Shown: positions 47,578-56,469 of the stretch, piece after piece
Layout: each line of letters opens with the position of its first letter
Position numbering within the stretch: the stretch's first letter is position 1
Source: Candidatus Amesbacteria bacterium GW2011_GWC2_45_19
GTDB taxonomy: Bacteria > Patescibacteriota > Microgenomatia > CAZETR01 > Amesbacteraceae
Assembly (NCBI GenBank): GCA_001001555.1
Contig: LCKS01000002.1
Coordinates: 7,074 to 71,073 of the forward strand
Direction: 5' to 3'
Length of the DNA stretch: 64,000 nucleotides
Position numbers and translations under genes: made by a program
The notes under the pieces: generated by a model
Seen by the model: only the letters and a program-made list of their open reading frames with translations
The model's database searches: none
What the model was told of the DNA's origin: nothing

Positions 47578-48276
47578 ATGTATACTATCAAACAGGGAAA
47601 TGCAAACTTTATGAATAAAGAAGTTACCAAGATAACTAAAATCGCGATCTTCCAAAACAGGAAAATCCGTAAAACCATTTATCAGAATGAATGGTGGTTT
47701 GTGATCGAGGATGTAGTTTTAGCACTAATTGATTCAAATGACTCAAAGCAATATATTCAGCGCATGAGACTTCGTGACCCTGAGCTTTCCAAAGGGTGGG
47801 TACAAATCGTACATACCCTTTTAATGGAAACCAGTGGTGGTAAGCAGAAAATGAATTGTGCTGATACTGAGGGTGTTTTTAGGATTATCCAATCAATCCC
47901 TTCTCCTAAAGCAGAACCTTTTAAAAGATGGTTGGCCAGAGTTGGATATGAAAGGGTACAGGAGATAGAAGATCCGGAGCTTGCCCAAAAAAGGGTCACA
48001 TCTGAATATAAGAAAATAAAAGGACTCAAGCGTCAAAACCTGCGTGACCATATGAATGATTTGGAGCTGCTATTTTCTCAGCTTGGTGAAGCAGCAACCA
48101 CAGAGATTACCAAAACAGATCATCCTCAAGGGTTTAAGAAAAATAAGCAAGTCTCAAAACGTGGAGGTAAAATTGCCGGAGACGCCAGATCCAATCTTGA
48201 ACGCGAAACTGGAAGAAAAGTAATTACCTCGCAAAATTATTTACTTAAGAGACAGAATAAGAAACTTTTAAAATGA
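47578..48276 (+). CDS. Bro-N domain protein (DinD/antirepressor-like)
   Basis: IAIFQNRKIRKTIYQNEWWFVIEDVVLAL resembles Bro-N; AT-rich gene. Confidence 0.45.
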   Translation: MYTIKQGNANFMNKEVTKITKIAIFQNRKIRKTIYQNEWWFVIEDVVLALIDSNDSKQYIQRMRLRDPELSKGWVQIVHTLLMETSGGKQKMNCADTEGVFRIIQSIPSPKAEPFKRWLARVGYERVQEIEDPELAQKRVTSEYKKIKGLKRQNLRDHMNDLELLFSQLGEAATTEITKTDHPQGFKKNKQVSKRGGKIAGDARSNLERETGRKVITSQNYLLKRQNKKLLK

Positions 48277-48977
48277 ACAAATTTTATTTAGAAATTTTAG
48301 AAGCAATTAAACAAAAGGCTAAAAAAACAAAGCAAACCTCGGAGACATCCGGATATTTGGGACATAGGCATTTCCATTATGGATTAAGTGTTCCCCAGAG
48401 AAGGGTAATAGCTAACGCATGGATTAAAAATAATAATGCTATTTCTCTAACAAAATTTATAACTCTGTTAGACCTTCTTTATCGAGGAGACTCTTACGAA
48501 GAAAAATCTATGGCCGGATTGCTTCTGGGATATTTACCAAAACTTAGAAGACAATTGAATCCTAAATTATTGGATAACTGGCTTAGTTACTTGGAAGGTT
48601 GGGCTGAAATAGATTCTACTTGTCAGTCCAATTTCACGGCAGATGAAATCCTACTTAAGTGGAATGATTGGGAAAAATTAATTAAGAGTTTTGCTGACAA
48701 TAAAAGCGTTAGTAAGAGAAGAGCGAGCTTAGTATTATTAACAGGAGTTGTTAATAACTCGAATGATAAAAGACTTATCGGTTTGGCTTTTGAAGTTATA
48801 GATAAACTAAAATCTGAGAGAGATATTTTAATTACAAAAGCCGTCTCTTGGCTTCTAAGAAATTTAATCAGACACAATAAAATCAGAGTTGAAAAGTATC
48901 TCGACGAAAATTTAGACTACTTACCCATTATAGCAATAAGAGAAACTAAAAATAAACTTAGAACTGGCAAAAAATAG
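48273..48977 (+). CDS. DNA alkylation repair protein (AlkD/AlkC-like HEAT-repeat glycosylase family)
   Basis: C-terminal KAVSWLLRNLIRHNKIRVEKYLDEN resembles the DNA_alkylation family signature; overlaps upstream gene by 4 nt. Confidence 0.5.
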   Translation: MNKFYLEILEAIKQKAKKTKQTSETSGYLGHRHFHYGLSVPQRRVIANAWIKNNNAISLTKFITLLDLLYRGDSYEEKSMAGLLLGYLPKLRRQLNPKLLDNWLSYLEGWAEIDSTCQSNFTADEILLKWNDWEKLIKSFADNKSVSKRRASLVLLTGVVNNSNDKRLIGLAFEVIDKLKSERDILITKAVSWLLRNLIRHNKIRVEKYLDENLDYLPIIAIRETKNKLRTGKK

Positions 48978-49244
48978 ATAAAAGATTCAATAATTCTATT
49001 ATTCTACTGGCGGGGTACTTTTAACGCTAAAATAATAAGATGATACAGTTTTATAGCACAGTTAAAAGTTAGTTCGACCCCCGTCAGGGTATAAGGTTAT
49101 GGGATTAAATTTTGGCAAACTTTAGAAACTTTCCGAAGCTAAAATCCACGAGTTCGATAAAATTTCTATGGAGCTAGTTTTTGAAAAAGTTCGCACTGAT
49201 TTTCGAGATTCTCCGTGATGCTGCTGGCTCCCGCCTTCGCTGCC

Positions 49245-49295
49245 AGCTTCGGCCGTGCAGGCCGGCTCGGCTGCGGCCTCGCCTCCGCTTATTTT
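49245..49295. repeat. GC-rich structured element A (GCTTCGGCCGTGCAGGCCGGCTCGG...) in AT-rich island
   Basis: CGGCC-loop-GGCCG hairpin; related copy at 53121-53185; sharp GC spike in a ~35% GC background. Confidence 0.55.
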
Positions 49296-49493
49296 TTGCG
49301 CCCGAGATTATGCTCGCTAACGCGAGCATATTTTACTAAAATTTCCATTGGAATGGAAACTTTTGGCTTTGCCCCACCCACCCGTGCGTGCCAACGTAAA
49401 ATACATTGATAAGACTCCCTCTCCAGCCTTACTATTGACAGGAATTATTTTTTATGTTAAATATAGTTAAATCTGACTTAACTAAAATATACA

Positions 49494-51239
49494 ATGAAAA
49501 AAGTTAACAATACTAAAATTTTATCGACTGCAGAGGCTAGTCGTTTATTGGGGCTAACCCGGCAAACGTTATATAAACTCGCGGAAAAAGGTGAACTACC
49601 GGGGAAAAAGATCGGCAGAAATTATAAGTTCTTCGAGCAAGATATTTTAAGCTATATTCGCCTCCATAAAAAGCTTCCGAAATATAAAGAGTGGGAATTA
49701 AGAGCAGATTTTGCTACTGAAGGGATTAAGAAAATGGCAAAACGTACTTTTCAAGGTCTTTCATCAAATATTGAAGAGCTAATTGCAAATTCATATGATG
49801 CTGATGCAACTTCCGTAAGGATTGTCATTAATAACGACAAAGGAACGTTGAGCATAATTGACAATGGTTCAGGGATGGATGAATCTGCGCTTGCTTCTTT
49901 TGTGAAGTATGGGAAGAGTGATAAGGACTCAGATTACCGTTCTCCAAAATTTGGACGGTCTCCGATTGGCGAATACGGAATGGGCGGAAAGCTGGCAATA
50001 ACTAATATTTCTAGACGTTGCAAGATAATTACAAGAAGAAACGGTTATGAGCACATATTTAACATGAATCGTGCAGACCTCGATAAGGCTAAGTATATAA
50101 GTGATGTCAAAAGTAGGGTGCTGACCAAAAAATGCAGTAAGAAATACCACGGTACTGAAATATACATGGAAGATTTGTTTACGAAAACTATCGACAGTGA
50201 AAGGTTGCAGGAGAGATTTTCTACAAAAATGCCATTAAGTCAGAATTTTCAAATCGTTATGGTCGTCATTCGAAATAATGAAAAAAAGGAACAGACAGTA
50301 AGCGAACCTATTTTTGAATATGAACGAAAATTCGACTTTAGTGACGATCTTCCAAAAATAGGGAATGTTAAGATGTCTATTTATTTCACTAAAGAGCCTA
50401 TAGCGGCTACAAAACAAGGTGTATGGACAAAGGTAAATGGGAGAATAGTTAACGAAAAAGCTGAGTGGTTTGATTTGTTTCGAGCAACCTCCGGTACGAG
50501 ATATAGATATAGGTTATTCGGGTATGGTGAGGCTGATGGTCTGAAAGACTATGTGACTTTTTCTAAAAACGATTTTATCGACTGTCCCGAATACAATGAG
50601 TATTGGGAATTTGGTCACAAAAATATCTTAAAGGTACAAAATACCCTTCTTCGTGATGACGAGAACATTAAAAAGGAGCAAGATAGAAACCTAGTGAAAG
50701 ATGTTGAGAAAGAAGTGAACGATATTGTCTCGAAATTAGATGACCCCGCCACATTAGGTGTTCTTGAGGCGAAAATAAAGAAGGAGTTTACGAAGGAAAA
50801 GGAAAGTGCTCCTGAAGCTCCTTATCCAAATATAGATGTTATTGAAAAAGAGGCAGAAAAAGTTGTTTCCGTAGTCAAAAGAGGAAAAGATAAAAGAGAA
50901 AGGCGAAACCAGTCCATAGCCCCTAGTGAAAGAGTGTCATACTCAGGTAGAAATTATGTAATAACACCAGTCGATCTTTCTGAAACAGGGGACATTGTCA
51001 AATTTACTAAAGAAATGAACTTAATAGAAATTAACGAGAAGCATCCCTTGTACGTTAAAGCATCTAGAAACAGCTCATTAGATGATTTAGTTAGAAGTCT
51101 CGCATTTACAGAAATTGCTTACGACTACAGCGAAGGGGACTTTGTTAGTTTTGACGCTGTATTTAATGAATTAGCTAGAATTGCGTCAAGGCGGGTTAAA
51201 TTAATTGGTATGGAAGATCTAACAGCTAGTAGCGGGTAA
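49494..51239 (+). CDS. HTH (excisionase/MerR-like) fused to GHKL/MORC-like ATPase (HATPase_c_3) protein
   Basis: N-terminal HTH (STAEASRLLGLTRQTLYKLAEKGELPG); Bergerat-fold boxes ELIANSYDADA (N-box), IIDNGSGMD (G1), GEYGMGGK (G2); 581 aa. Confidence 0.6.
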   Translation: MKKVNNTKILSTAEASRLLGLTRQTLYKLAEKGELPGKKIGRNYKFFEQDILSYIRLHKKLPKYKEWELRADFATEGIKKMAKRTFQGLSSNIEELIANSYDADATSVRIVINNDKGTLSIIDNGSGMDESALASFVKYGKSDKDSDYRSPKFGRSPIGEYGMGGKLAITNISRRCKIITRRNGYEHIFNMNRADLDKAKYISDVKSRVLTKKCSKKYHGTEIYMEDLFTKTIDSERLQERFSTKMPLSQNFQIVMVVIRNNEKKEQTVSEPIFEYERKFDFSDDLPKIGNVKMSIYFTKEPIAATKQGVWTKVNGRIVNEKAEWFDLFRATSGTRYRYRLFGYGEADGLKDYVTFSKNDFIDCPEYNEYWEFGHKNILKVQNTLLRDDENIKKEQDRNLVKDVEKEVNDIVSKLDDPATLGVLEAKIKKEFTKEKESAPEAPYPNIDVIEKEAEKVVSVVKRGKDKRERRNQSIAPSERVSYSGRNYVITPVDLSETGDIVKFTKEMNLIEINEKHPLYVKASRNSSLDDLVRSLAFTEIAYDYSEGDFVSFDAVFNELARIASRRVKLIGMEDLTASSG

Positions 51240-51297
51240 ATACCAGACAGTTATTAGTTATATTTTCGTAACAAAATAGAAACTAGTTAAAAAGATA

Positions 51298-52413
51298 ATG
51301 ATCAAAGGCATTTTTCCAAACGAAAAAATTTTGACAAGGGGCCGTCTTCATGATGACGATTCGATAGATGTACTTAACTTTCCAACTCGCGTACTAAACA
51401 CCTTAGTAATGCACGACTATGAGACCGTTGGACATTTTTATCGCGTGTCGATGGCTGATTTGGGAAGGATAAGAAATATTGGAACTAAGACATTAAAGTA
51501 CTTTGGAGAAGTCAAAGCAGCAATAAAAGAACATCGAAAAGAGCCTGATCTGCCGCCACTAGAAACCGCGAAGTCAAAGGAAGCAAAGCCTTCAAGTTTT
51601 GTGCCTTATTTGACAGAAACTGAAAAAGAAAGAATGAAGTTGGTTAAGAGACTCTATGACGAGTATGGCACTCTAGAAAAAGTGGGAAGCCTGCTGAGAC
51701 TGTCAAGAGAAAGAGTTAGACAAATATTAAATAAAGGTCAAAAATATGGCCTTTTCACTTACCAGTTAACCCGAGATAGAAAATTTGATGAAGTGCTAAA
51801 CAAGATAGATGGGGAACGGCTAAGGGTATTACTTAGTACTACCAAAAATCAATTTGATGTTTGTTCGAATTTGGGGATAGATATAAGTACTCTTCAAAGG
51901 TTGATTAAATATTATAACATTGATCTCGTGTCCTATAAACAGGATGCTAGATATAAGAGATACTTAGTAGAATACTCCGAGATGGTTCGCGTACTTGGAT
52001 ATCATCCATCTACCACCATTATGCAGCGCCGCAAGGAATGGAGGAAAATATGGGCGGGTATTGTTAGGCTGTGGGGAAGTTTTGATCGATTTAGAGCAGA
52101 GTTTGGTATCGAAAAACCTAAACACTCTATGCACCCTAACACCTTAAAAGCTTGGCAACGAGCAAAGGAAAGAAGAATGGCGCATAAAAAGGAAAAAGTC
52201 GAAAACGTATACAAAATCATCGCTGAGCATGGTCCTTTAACTTGCAAAAAAATTTCCTACCTGGCAGGGTATAGTGATCAAATTGTCTATCAATATGTAA
52301 AAGATATGGTTAAAAAAAATAAGATTAAAAAATTAGGCAAAGGAAATAGAATTAAGTACGGATTAAATATTCAAAAAAATTATATTAAGCAATCAAAAAA
52401 CTATGCACACTAA
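51298..52413 (+). CDS. DNA-binding protein with RNAP alpha-CTD-like HhH and sigma70-region-4-like HTH
   Basis: LNFPTRVLNTLVMHDYETVGHFYRVSMADLGRIRNIGTKTLKYF (alpha-CTD-like); LSRERVRQILNKG (sigma70 r4-like); 371 aa. Confidence 0.4.
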   Translation: MIKGIFPNEKILTRGRLHDDDSIDVLNFPTRVLNTLVMHDYETVGHFYRVSMADLGRIRNIGTKTLKYFGEVKAAIKEHRKEPDLPPLETAKSKEAKPSSFVPYLTETEKERMKLVKRLYDEYGTLEKVGSLLRLSRERVRQILNKGQKYGLFTYQLTRDRKFDEVLNKIDGERLRVLLSTTKNQFDVCSNLGIDISTLQRLIKYYNIDLVSYKQDARYKRYLVEYSEMVRVLGYHPSTTIMQRRKEWRKIWAGIVRLWGSFDRFRAEFGIEKPKHSMHPNTLKAWQRAKERRMAHKKEKVENVYKIIAEHGPLTCKKISYLAGYSDQIVYQYVKDMVKKNKIKKLGKGNRIKYGLNIQKNYIKQSKNYAH

Positions 52414-53059
52414 TGACGAAATTAAAGAAACTATTTTAAAATGTCTATATGAGCATGTTCAAAAATCTAAAGGACCTTCCGGTATTCCGATGGGGATACG
52501 AGATTTAACCTCGGCAGTCAAATCCAAAATTGACGTTAAGCAACAGGTAGTTAGTTCTAACCTACATTCATTAATAAAAAACGGGTTTGTGGATGAGAAG
52601 GAGGTTCAAAATCCTTACGCTGCCGCTAAGTTTAACAGCAAGCCCGCTGTTAAATATGAACTCTCGAGAGCCGGAATTAGTTATTTTGATCAAGGTTCAA
52701 AGTTTGATCTGGCAGATAGAAACACAGGTATAAACATTCAAATGTTAAACAGCGCTGTGGTTATCGGAAATCAAAACATAGTCAAGAATATTGTGAGGGA
52801 GGAATATAAAGAGGGTTACTTGAAACTTGAGGAACTTGGGAAAAGAGTCAACTTATCTTCTGATATAAAAAATGAAGACAAAGTGAATTTGCAAGCTGAC
52901 ATTGAAACCATTAAAAACCAACTTGCGAAAGTTTCTCCAAACCACAATATTGTAAAAGCAGCTTTAGCAAGCCTATCAGGATTAGCTGATATATCTCAGT
53001 TATCTTCTCATTATGAAAGCGTCAAGAATTGGATTCTTTCCATCTTGGGCTTTAGTTAA
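52403..53059 (+). CDS. hypothetical protein (possible wHTH N-terminus)
   Basis: 218-aa ORF overlapping upstream gene by 11 nt; no recognised motif. Confidence 0.35.
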   Translation: MHTNDEIKETILKCLYEHVQKSKGPSGIPMGIRDLTSAVKSKIDVKQQVVSSNLHSLIKNGFVDEKEVQNPYAAAKFNSKPAVKYELSRAGISYFDQGSKFDLADRNTGINIQMLNSAVVIGNQNIVKNIVREEYKEGYLKLEELGKRVNLSSDIKNEDKVNLQADIETIKNQLAKVSPNHNIVKAALASLSGLADISQLSSHYESVKNWILSILGFS

Positions 53060-53120
53060 AAATTTTTGCATTTTCTCGTTTGAACACAAGGGAAAACACA
53101 GTTTGAGCCGATGTTTGCGG

Positions 53121-53185
53121 AGGCTTCGGCCGTTAGGCCGAGCCGGAGCCTGGGTGCGAGGCCGCGAGGCAGCCGAGCTTGATCA
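53121..53185. repeat. GC-rich structured element B (GCTTCGGCCGTTAGGCCGAGCCGG...)
   Basis: Shares GCTTCGGCCGT-N-AGGCCG-N-CGG core with element A. Confidence 0.55.
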
Positions 53186-53279
53186 CAGGGAATTTTCCCG
53201 AAAATCAGTTCGAACTTTTTCAAAAATCAGCTCAAAAGTCCTAAATTTTGAGTTGGTAACGATTAAAAGGTAAGTAGTT

Positions 53280-54167
53280 TCAAGATATGTTTCTTGTAAT
53301 TGTTTTCATTTTAAACATTTTTGTATCTATCAAAAACTCATACCCCGTTAATTTTAGCCATAGGTTAATGTTTTCTGTCAGTTGATACATTGGTACACCC
53401 AGATGACTAACCAGACTCCGATTAATCTTATAGGTTTTAAGTGCTTCAGCCTCATGATATTTAGGAATGTCTGGAAAATCTAAAACTTGATATTTATCGT
53501 CTTTCACTCTCCTTAAGAGTAAAAACCTGTCAGGATAATTTTTGTTCTCCTTGTTAACCTCACTACCCCTAACTAACCTGTATTTATTTTTAACATCTTT
53601 ATCTTCAGAAGGGAGAAAGATATTTTCAATTTTCTGCACGTCACTCACATCTCTAAGTCTTTTCAATAATTCAATAACTGCAATGATTTGATCATTTTCA
53701 AATTTTTCTGTGATAAGGGGGTTTTTCAAAATATTTTCGAGGTTCGATTCGTACGCCTCCCAAGTTCTGAATATTTGAAATCCAAAAAAGGTATTTGTTT
53801 CCAATAATTTGTTTATATCTTTTAAGCTTATAGATAAAAATTTGGACACACTACTTTGGCTATAATCTAACTCTTCCAGTGGATAAAAGAATTTCATGAG
53901 TTGATATACTATTCCCAAAACCTCTCTATCAATCTGCATTTTTCCGTACTCAAATATTTCTTGATTTAGTTTTCTGTTGGAAACACTCTTTATCAGTTCA
54001 TAAGAAATTAGGATTGCCGTAATAGCAATTAACGAAGCAGAAATATTAATTAAAAGATCTCTAATGTTTCCATTAACATATTTGCTTAGGCAATATATGA
54101 AAATGCCTGTTAGAAAAGATACAAAATAGGGCAACATAGTATAGAAAAAGCTTTTTGGAAATTTCAT
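53280..54167 (-). CDS. hypothetical membrane protein (2 N-terminal TM + cytoplasmic domain)
   Basis: 295-aa ORF, AT-rich, no known motif. Confidence 0.4.
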   Translation of the reverse strand: MKFPKSFFYTMLPYFVSFLTGIFIYCLSKYVNGNIRDLLINISASLIAITAILISYELIKSVSNRKLNQEIFEYGKMQIDREVLGIVYQLMKFFYPLEELDYSQSSVSKFLSISLKDINKLLETNTFFGFQIFRTWEAYESNLENILKNPLITEKFENDQIIAVIELLKRLRDVSDVQKIENIFLPSEDKDVKNKYRLVRGSEVNKENKNYPDRFLLLRRVKDDKYQVLDFPDIPKYHEAEALKTYKINRSLVSHLGVPMYQLTENINLWLKLTGYEFLIDTKMFKMKTITRNIS

Positions 54168-54313
54168 ACCCTAATTATAAATCAAGTTGTGTTGGTGTTA
54201 TACTCGGATTACCGAATGACCTCTGTGGTGAAGGTATCTTACTTTTAGAGAACTGATGGCACGAAAGTGATCCATCTTAGCCACAGAGATCGCATACAAA
54301 TAGGTATCAAAAT

Positions 54314-55129
54314 ATGAACGGGAATGATAAAGCATTGGTAACGCAGAGGATTGGTCAGTTAAAAAAATCGGCTGGAGAGTTAGCTGAGAATGTCACAGTA
54401 AATAATAAAAAAGAGTTTGTAAGTGTGGTGGGTTTATTACTTCACAACCTTGCCTCAGTCGTCGTTCCTGGATATGCCGTTGGTGCGGGGACTATAAAAG
54501 ATTATTATGATCAAAAGGTTAATAAGAAAAGACAACAAGAGATTGATTCTCTCCTGGGCAATTTAAATAGACGTTTGTCTTCAGTTGAGATAAAGCAAGA
54601 AGCGGTCGATTATTTTGAAAACACAATTGTGTTTCAGCTCGAAGAAATAACTCGGAAATTATTAACAAATCCCGGCAGAGGCTTTGGTGAAGTAATAGCT
54701 GAATTTGTCGCTAGCGCATTAGAAAACATGGATCTTCACCCCAAAACTAAAGATCTTGTACTATCTACGCTCCTAAGCTTGGACAGCGTAGATCTTTTGG
54801 TGCTTAAAACTATGGACAAGCATTTTCTTTCAAATTTACCTCAAAATGGAGGAAATGGGGCTAGGGGCGTAACCAGAGATTCTATTTGTACCTTACTTAA
54901 GGACCGCAATATGGACGAAGCTGTTATTGATCGATCTCTCCAGCGACTACAGTCAGAATCACTTATTCAACCCATGAAAGTTAGTGCTCCCGCTATTACT
55001 GAAGCTCCGACTGCGGATGAGTTGTATAAAGGAAAACGACCTGACCAATTCGATGCTCCCGGAGGATTTATTAACACAGGTTTCGGTAGAATATTTATTA
55101 ATTTTCTTAAACTGAATGACGACAAATGA
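54314..55129 (+). CDS. hypothetical protein
   Basis: 271-aa ORF, 4-nt ATGA overlap with next gene (translational coupling). Confidence 0.4.
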   Translation: MNGNDKALVTQRIGQLKKSAGELAENVTVNNKKEFVSVVGLLLHNLASVVVPGYAVGAGTIKDYYDQKVNKKRQQEIDSLLGNLNRRLSSVEIKQEAVDYFENTIVFQLEEITRKLLTNPGRGFGEVIAEFVASALENMDLHPKTKDLVLSTLLSLDSVDLLVLKTMDKHFLSNLPQNGGNGARGVTRDSICTLLKDRNMDEAVIDRSLQRLQSESLIQPMKVSAPAITEAPTADELYKGKRPDQFDAPGGFINTGFGRIFINFLKLNDDK

Positions 55130-55950
55130 ATATCAAAAATGATATTGATGTAATAATTCAGAACCTTAAATCATCGTTAGATTCAACTTCTGAGTCAAAA
55201 AAGCAATTGAGCGGATACACAATTCAGCTAGGGAAACAAGAAGAGCAAATTGAATCGGCAATTAACTTATGGGAAGAAATGAAAGGACAGAATGTCACGC
55301 CTCCTCAACCAATCACCGCCTCTGGAGTTGCACTAACTTATACTCTCCAACAATCATCACAAGATTTAAAGACATACGTCTCGAATCAAAGTTGGACAAA
55401 TCAGCTACAAGCTTTGGGGACAACTGCTCTAACAATAAATTCTGTTGCTGCTTCTGGAGCCTCGCTCTCATACCCACCAGGATATCGTTCGCAAGCCCTT
55501 GTTCAAGTAAATCTAATTGAAGAGAGGTATAGTCAAAGATCTGCGATCTCGCAGAAACTTTATGCAATTGATCAGTCATTAGGCCAAGAGTATGATAACG
55601 CTTGGCAAACATTACATCAGGCCACTCAAGATCCTACCCGTTCACCAATGTTTCTAATGAGGGAGGTGGAACGCAGATTGCTTGATTATTTTGCTCCAGA
55701 GATCGAACTTAGAAAGTATCATTCATTAGTTCCTAGCGACAAAATAACAGGCAGGCATAAAGTAGATTACTTGAAATCAATAATCAAACCATCTGCACAA
55801 ACCGCTTTTCTTGCCCAAGAACAGGCGTTAAATAACATTTATGCTTTATTGAGTAAGGCACATTCACCAGGCCAATTAGACATCGAGAAAACTAAAGCAT
55901 TTTTATACCAAGCTGATGCTCTGATTCAATTACTATTAGATTCTTTTTAG
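55126..55950 (+). CDS. hypothetical protein
   Basis: 274-aa ORF coupled to upstream ORF. Confidence 0.4.
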   Translation: MNIKNDIDVIIQNLKSSLDSTSESKKQLSGYTIQLGKQEEQIESAINLWEEMKGQNVTPPQPITASGVALTYTLQQSSQDLKTYVSNQSWTNQLQALGTTALTINSVAASGASLSYPPGYRSQALVQVNLIEERYSQRSAISQKLYAIDQSLGQEYDNAWQTLHQATQDPTRSPMFLMREVERRLLDYFAPEIELRKYHSLVPSDKITGRHKVDYLKSIIKPSAQTAFLAQEQALNNIYALLSKAHSPGQLDIEKTKAFLYQADALIQLLLDSF

Positions 55951-56065
55951 GTCCGACTCCGGTATCGGGTATTCAAAACTTCCAGGCTAACTCAAAAAAG
56001 CAAAAAAACCTGGCTCGAACCAGGTTTCTAGGCTAAATTTGCTAAAATTTCAATTCATTACGGTA

Positions 56066-56139
56066 TGGAGCGGGATACGGGAATCGAACCCGCTTCTTCT
56101 GCTTGGGAAGCAGATATACTACCGGTGTACTAATCCCGC
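56066..56139 (-). tRNA. tRNA-Gly (anticodon CCC), CCA encoded
   Basis: Reverse-complement fold: acceptor GCGGGAT/ATCCCGC, D-arm GTAC-ACCGGTA-GTAT, anticodon stem TCTGC/GCAGA loop TTCCCAA, T-arm GCGGG-TTCGATT-CCCGT. Confidence 0.8.
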
Positions 56140-56379
56140 ATTTAGTAGTTTTTTCAAAGCCTCGCCACCTTTGTAGGATTTTATCATCTTTTCTCTGGCT
56201 AAAGCTTCACTATATGTCTCATACTGCTCAGAATAAATTAATTTCCAATTTCCTTTAGCATAACGAGTTGAAGTAGTTTTTCCCCGATTGTGTTCAGCCA
56301 GTCGTTTTTCCAAGTCAGAAGTACAACCGATATATCTCCGGTTTGAAAGTATATTTTGGATAATATAGGTCCAAAACAT
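56119..56379 (-). CDS. small GIY-YIG nuclease (stand-alone catalytic domain)
   Basis: MFWTYIIQNILSNRRYIGCTSDLEKRLAEHNRG...KGNWKLIY...E motif set of GIY-YIG domain. ORF extends to 56412 through a hairpin; 3' end overlaps tRNA-Gly by 21 nt. Confidence 0.7.
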   Translation of the reverse strand: MFWTYIIQNILSNRRYIGCTSDLEKRLAEHNRGKTTSTRYAKGNWKLIYSEQYETYSEALAREKMIKSYKGGEALKKLLNAGLVHR

Positions 56380-56409
56380 CTGAACCCCCTTCTCCCCGCC
56401 TTGGCGGGG

Positions 56410-56434
56410 CATACTACCGGTGTACTAATCCCGC
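56410..56434. repeat. 25-bp perfect direct repeat of the tRNA-Gly 5' portion (other copy 56116-56140)
   Basis: ATACTACCGGTGTACTAATCCCGCA occurs twice, bracketing the GIY-YIG ORF. Confidence 0.9.
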
Positions 56435-56469
56435 ACTTCGACTCCGCTCAGTGTAAACTATTTTACAAC

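Noticed and set aside
49215-49409. 64-aa ORF (and 53013-53273) spanning the GC-rich elements in the island
   Set aside because: ORFs exist only because the GC-rich repeat lacks stop codons; the sequence is a structured repeat, not coding.
48980-56060. Looked for integrase/recombinase or tRNA-Gly 3'-end direct repeat defining island ends
   Set aside because: No tyrosine/serine recombinase motifs and no GGGAATCGAACCC-like repeat were found inside the window, so island boundaries remain inferred from composition only.
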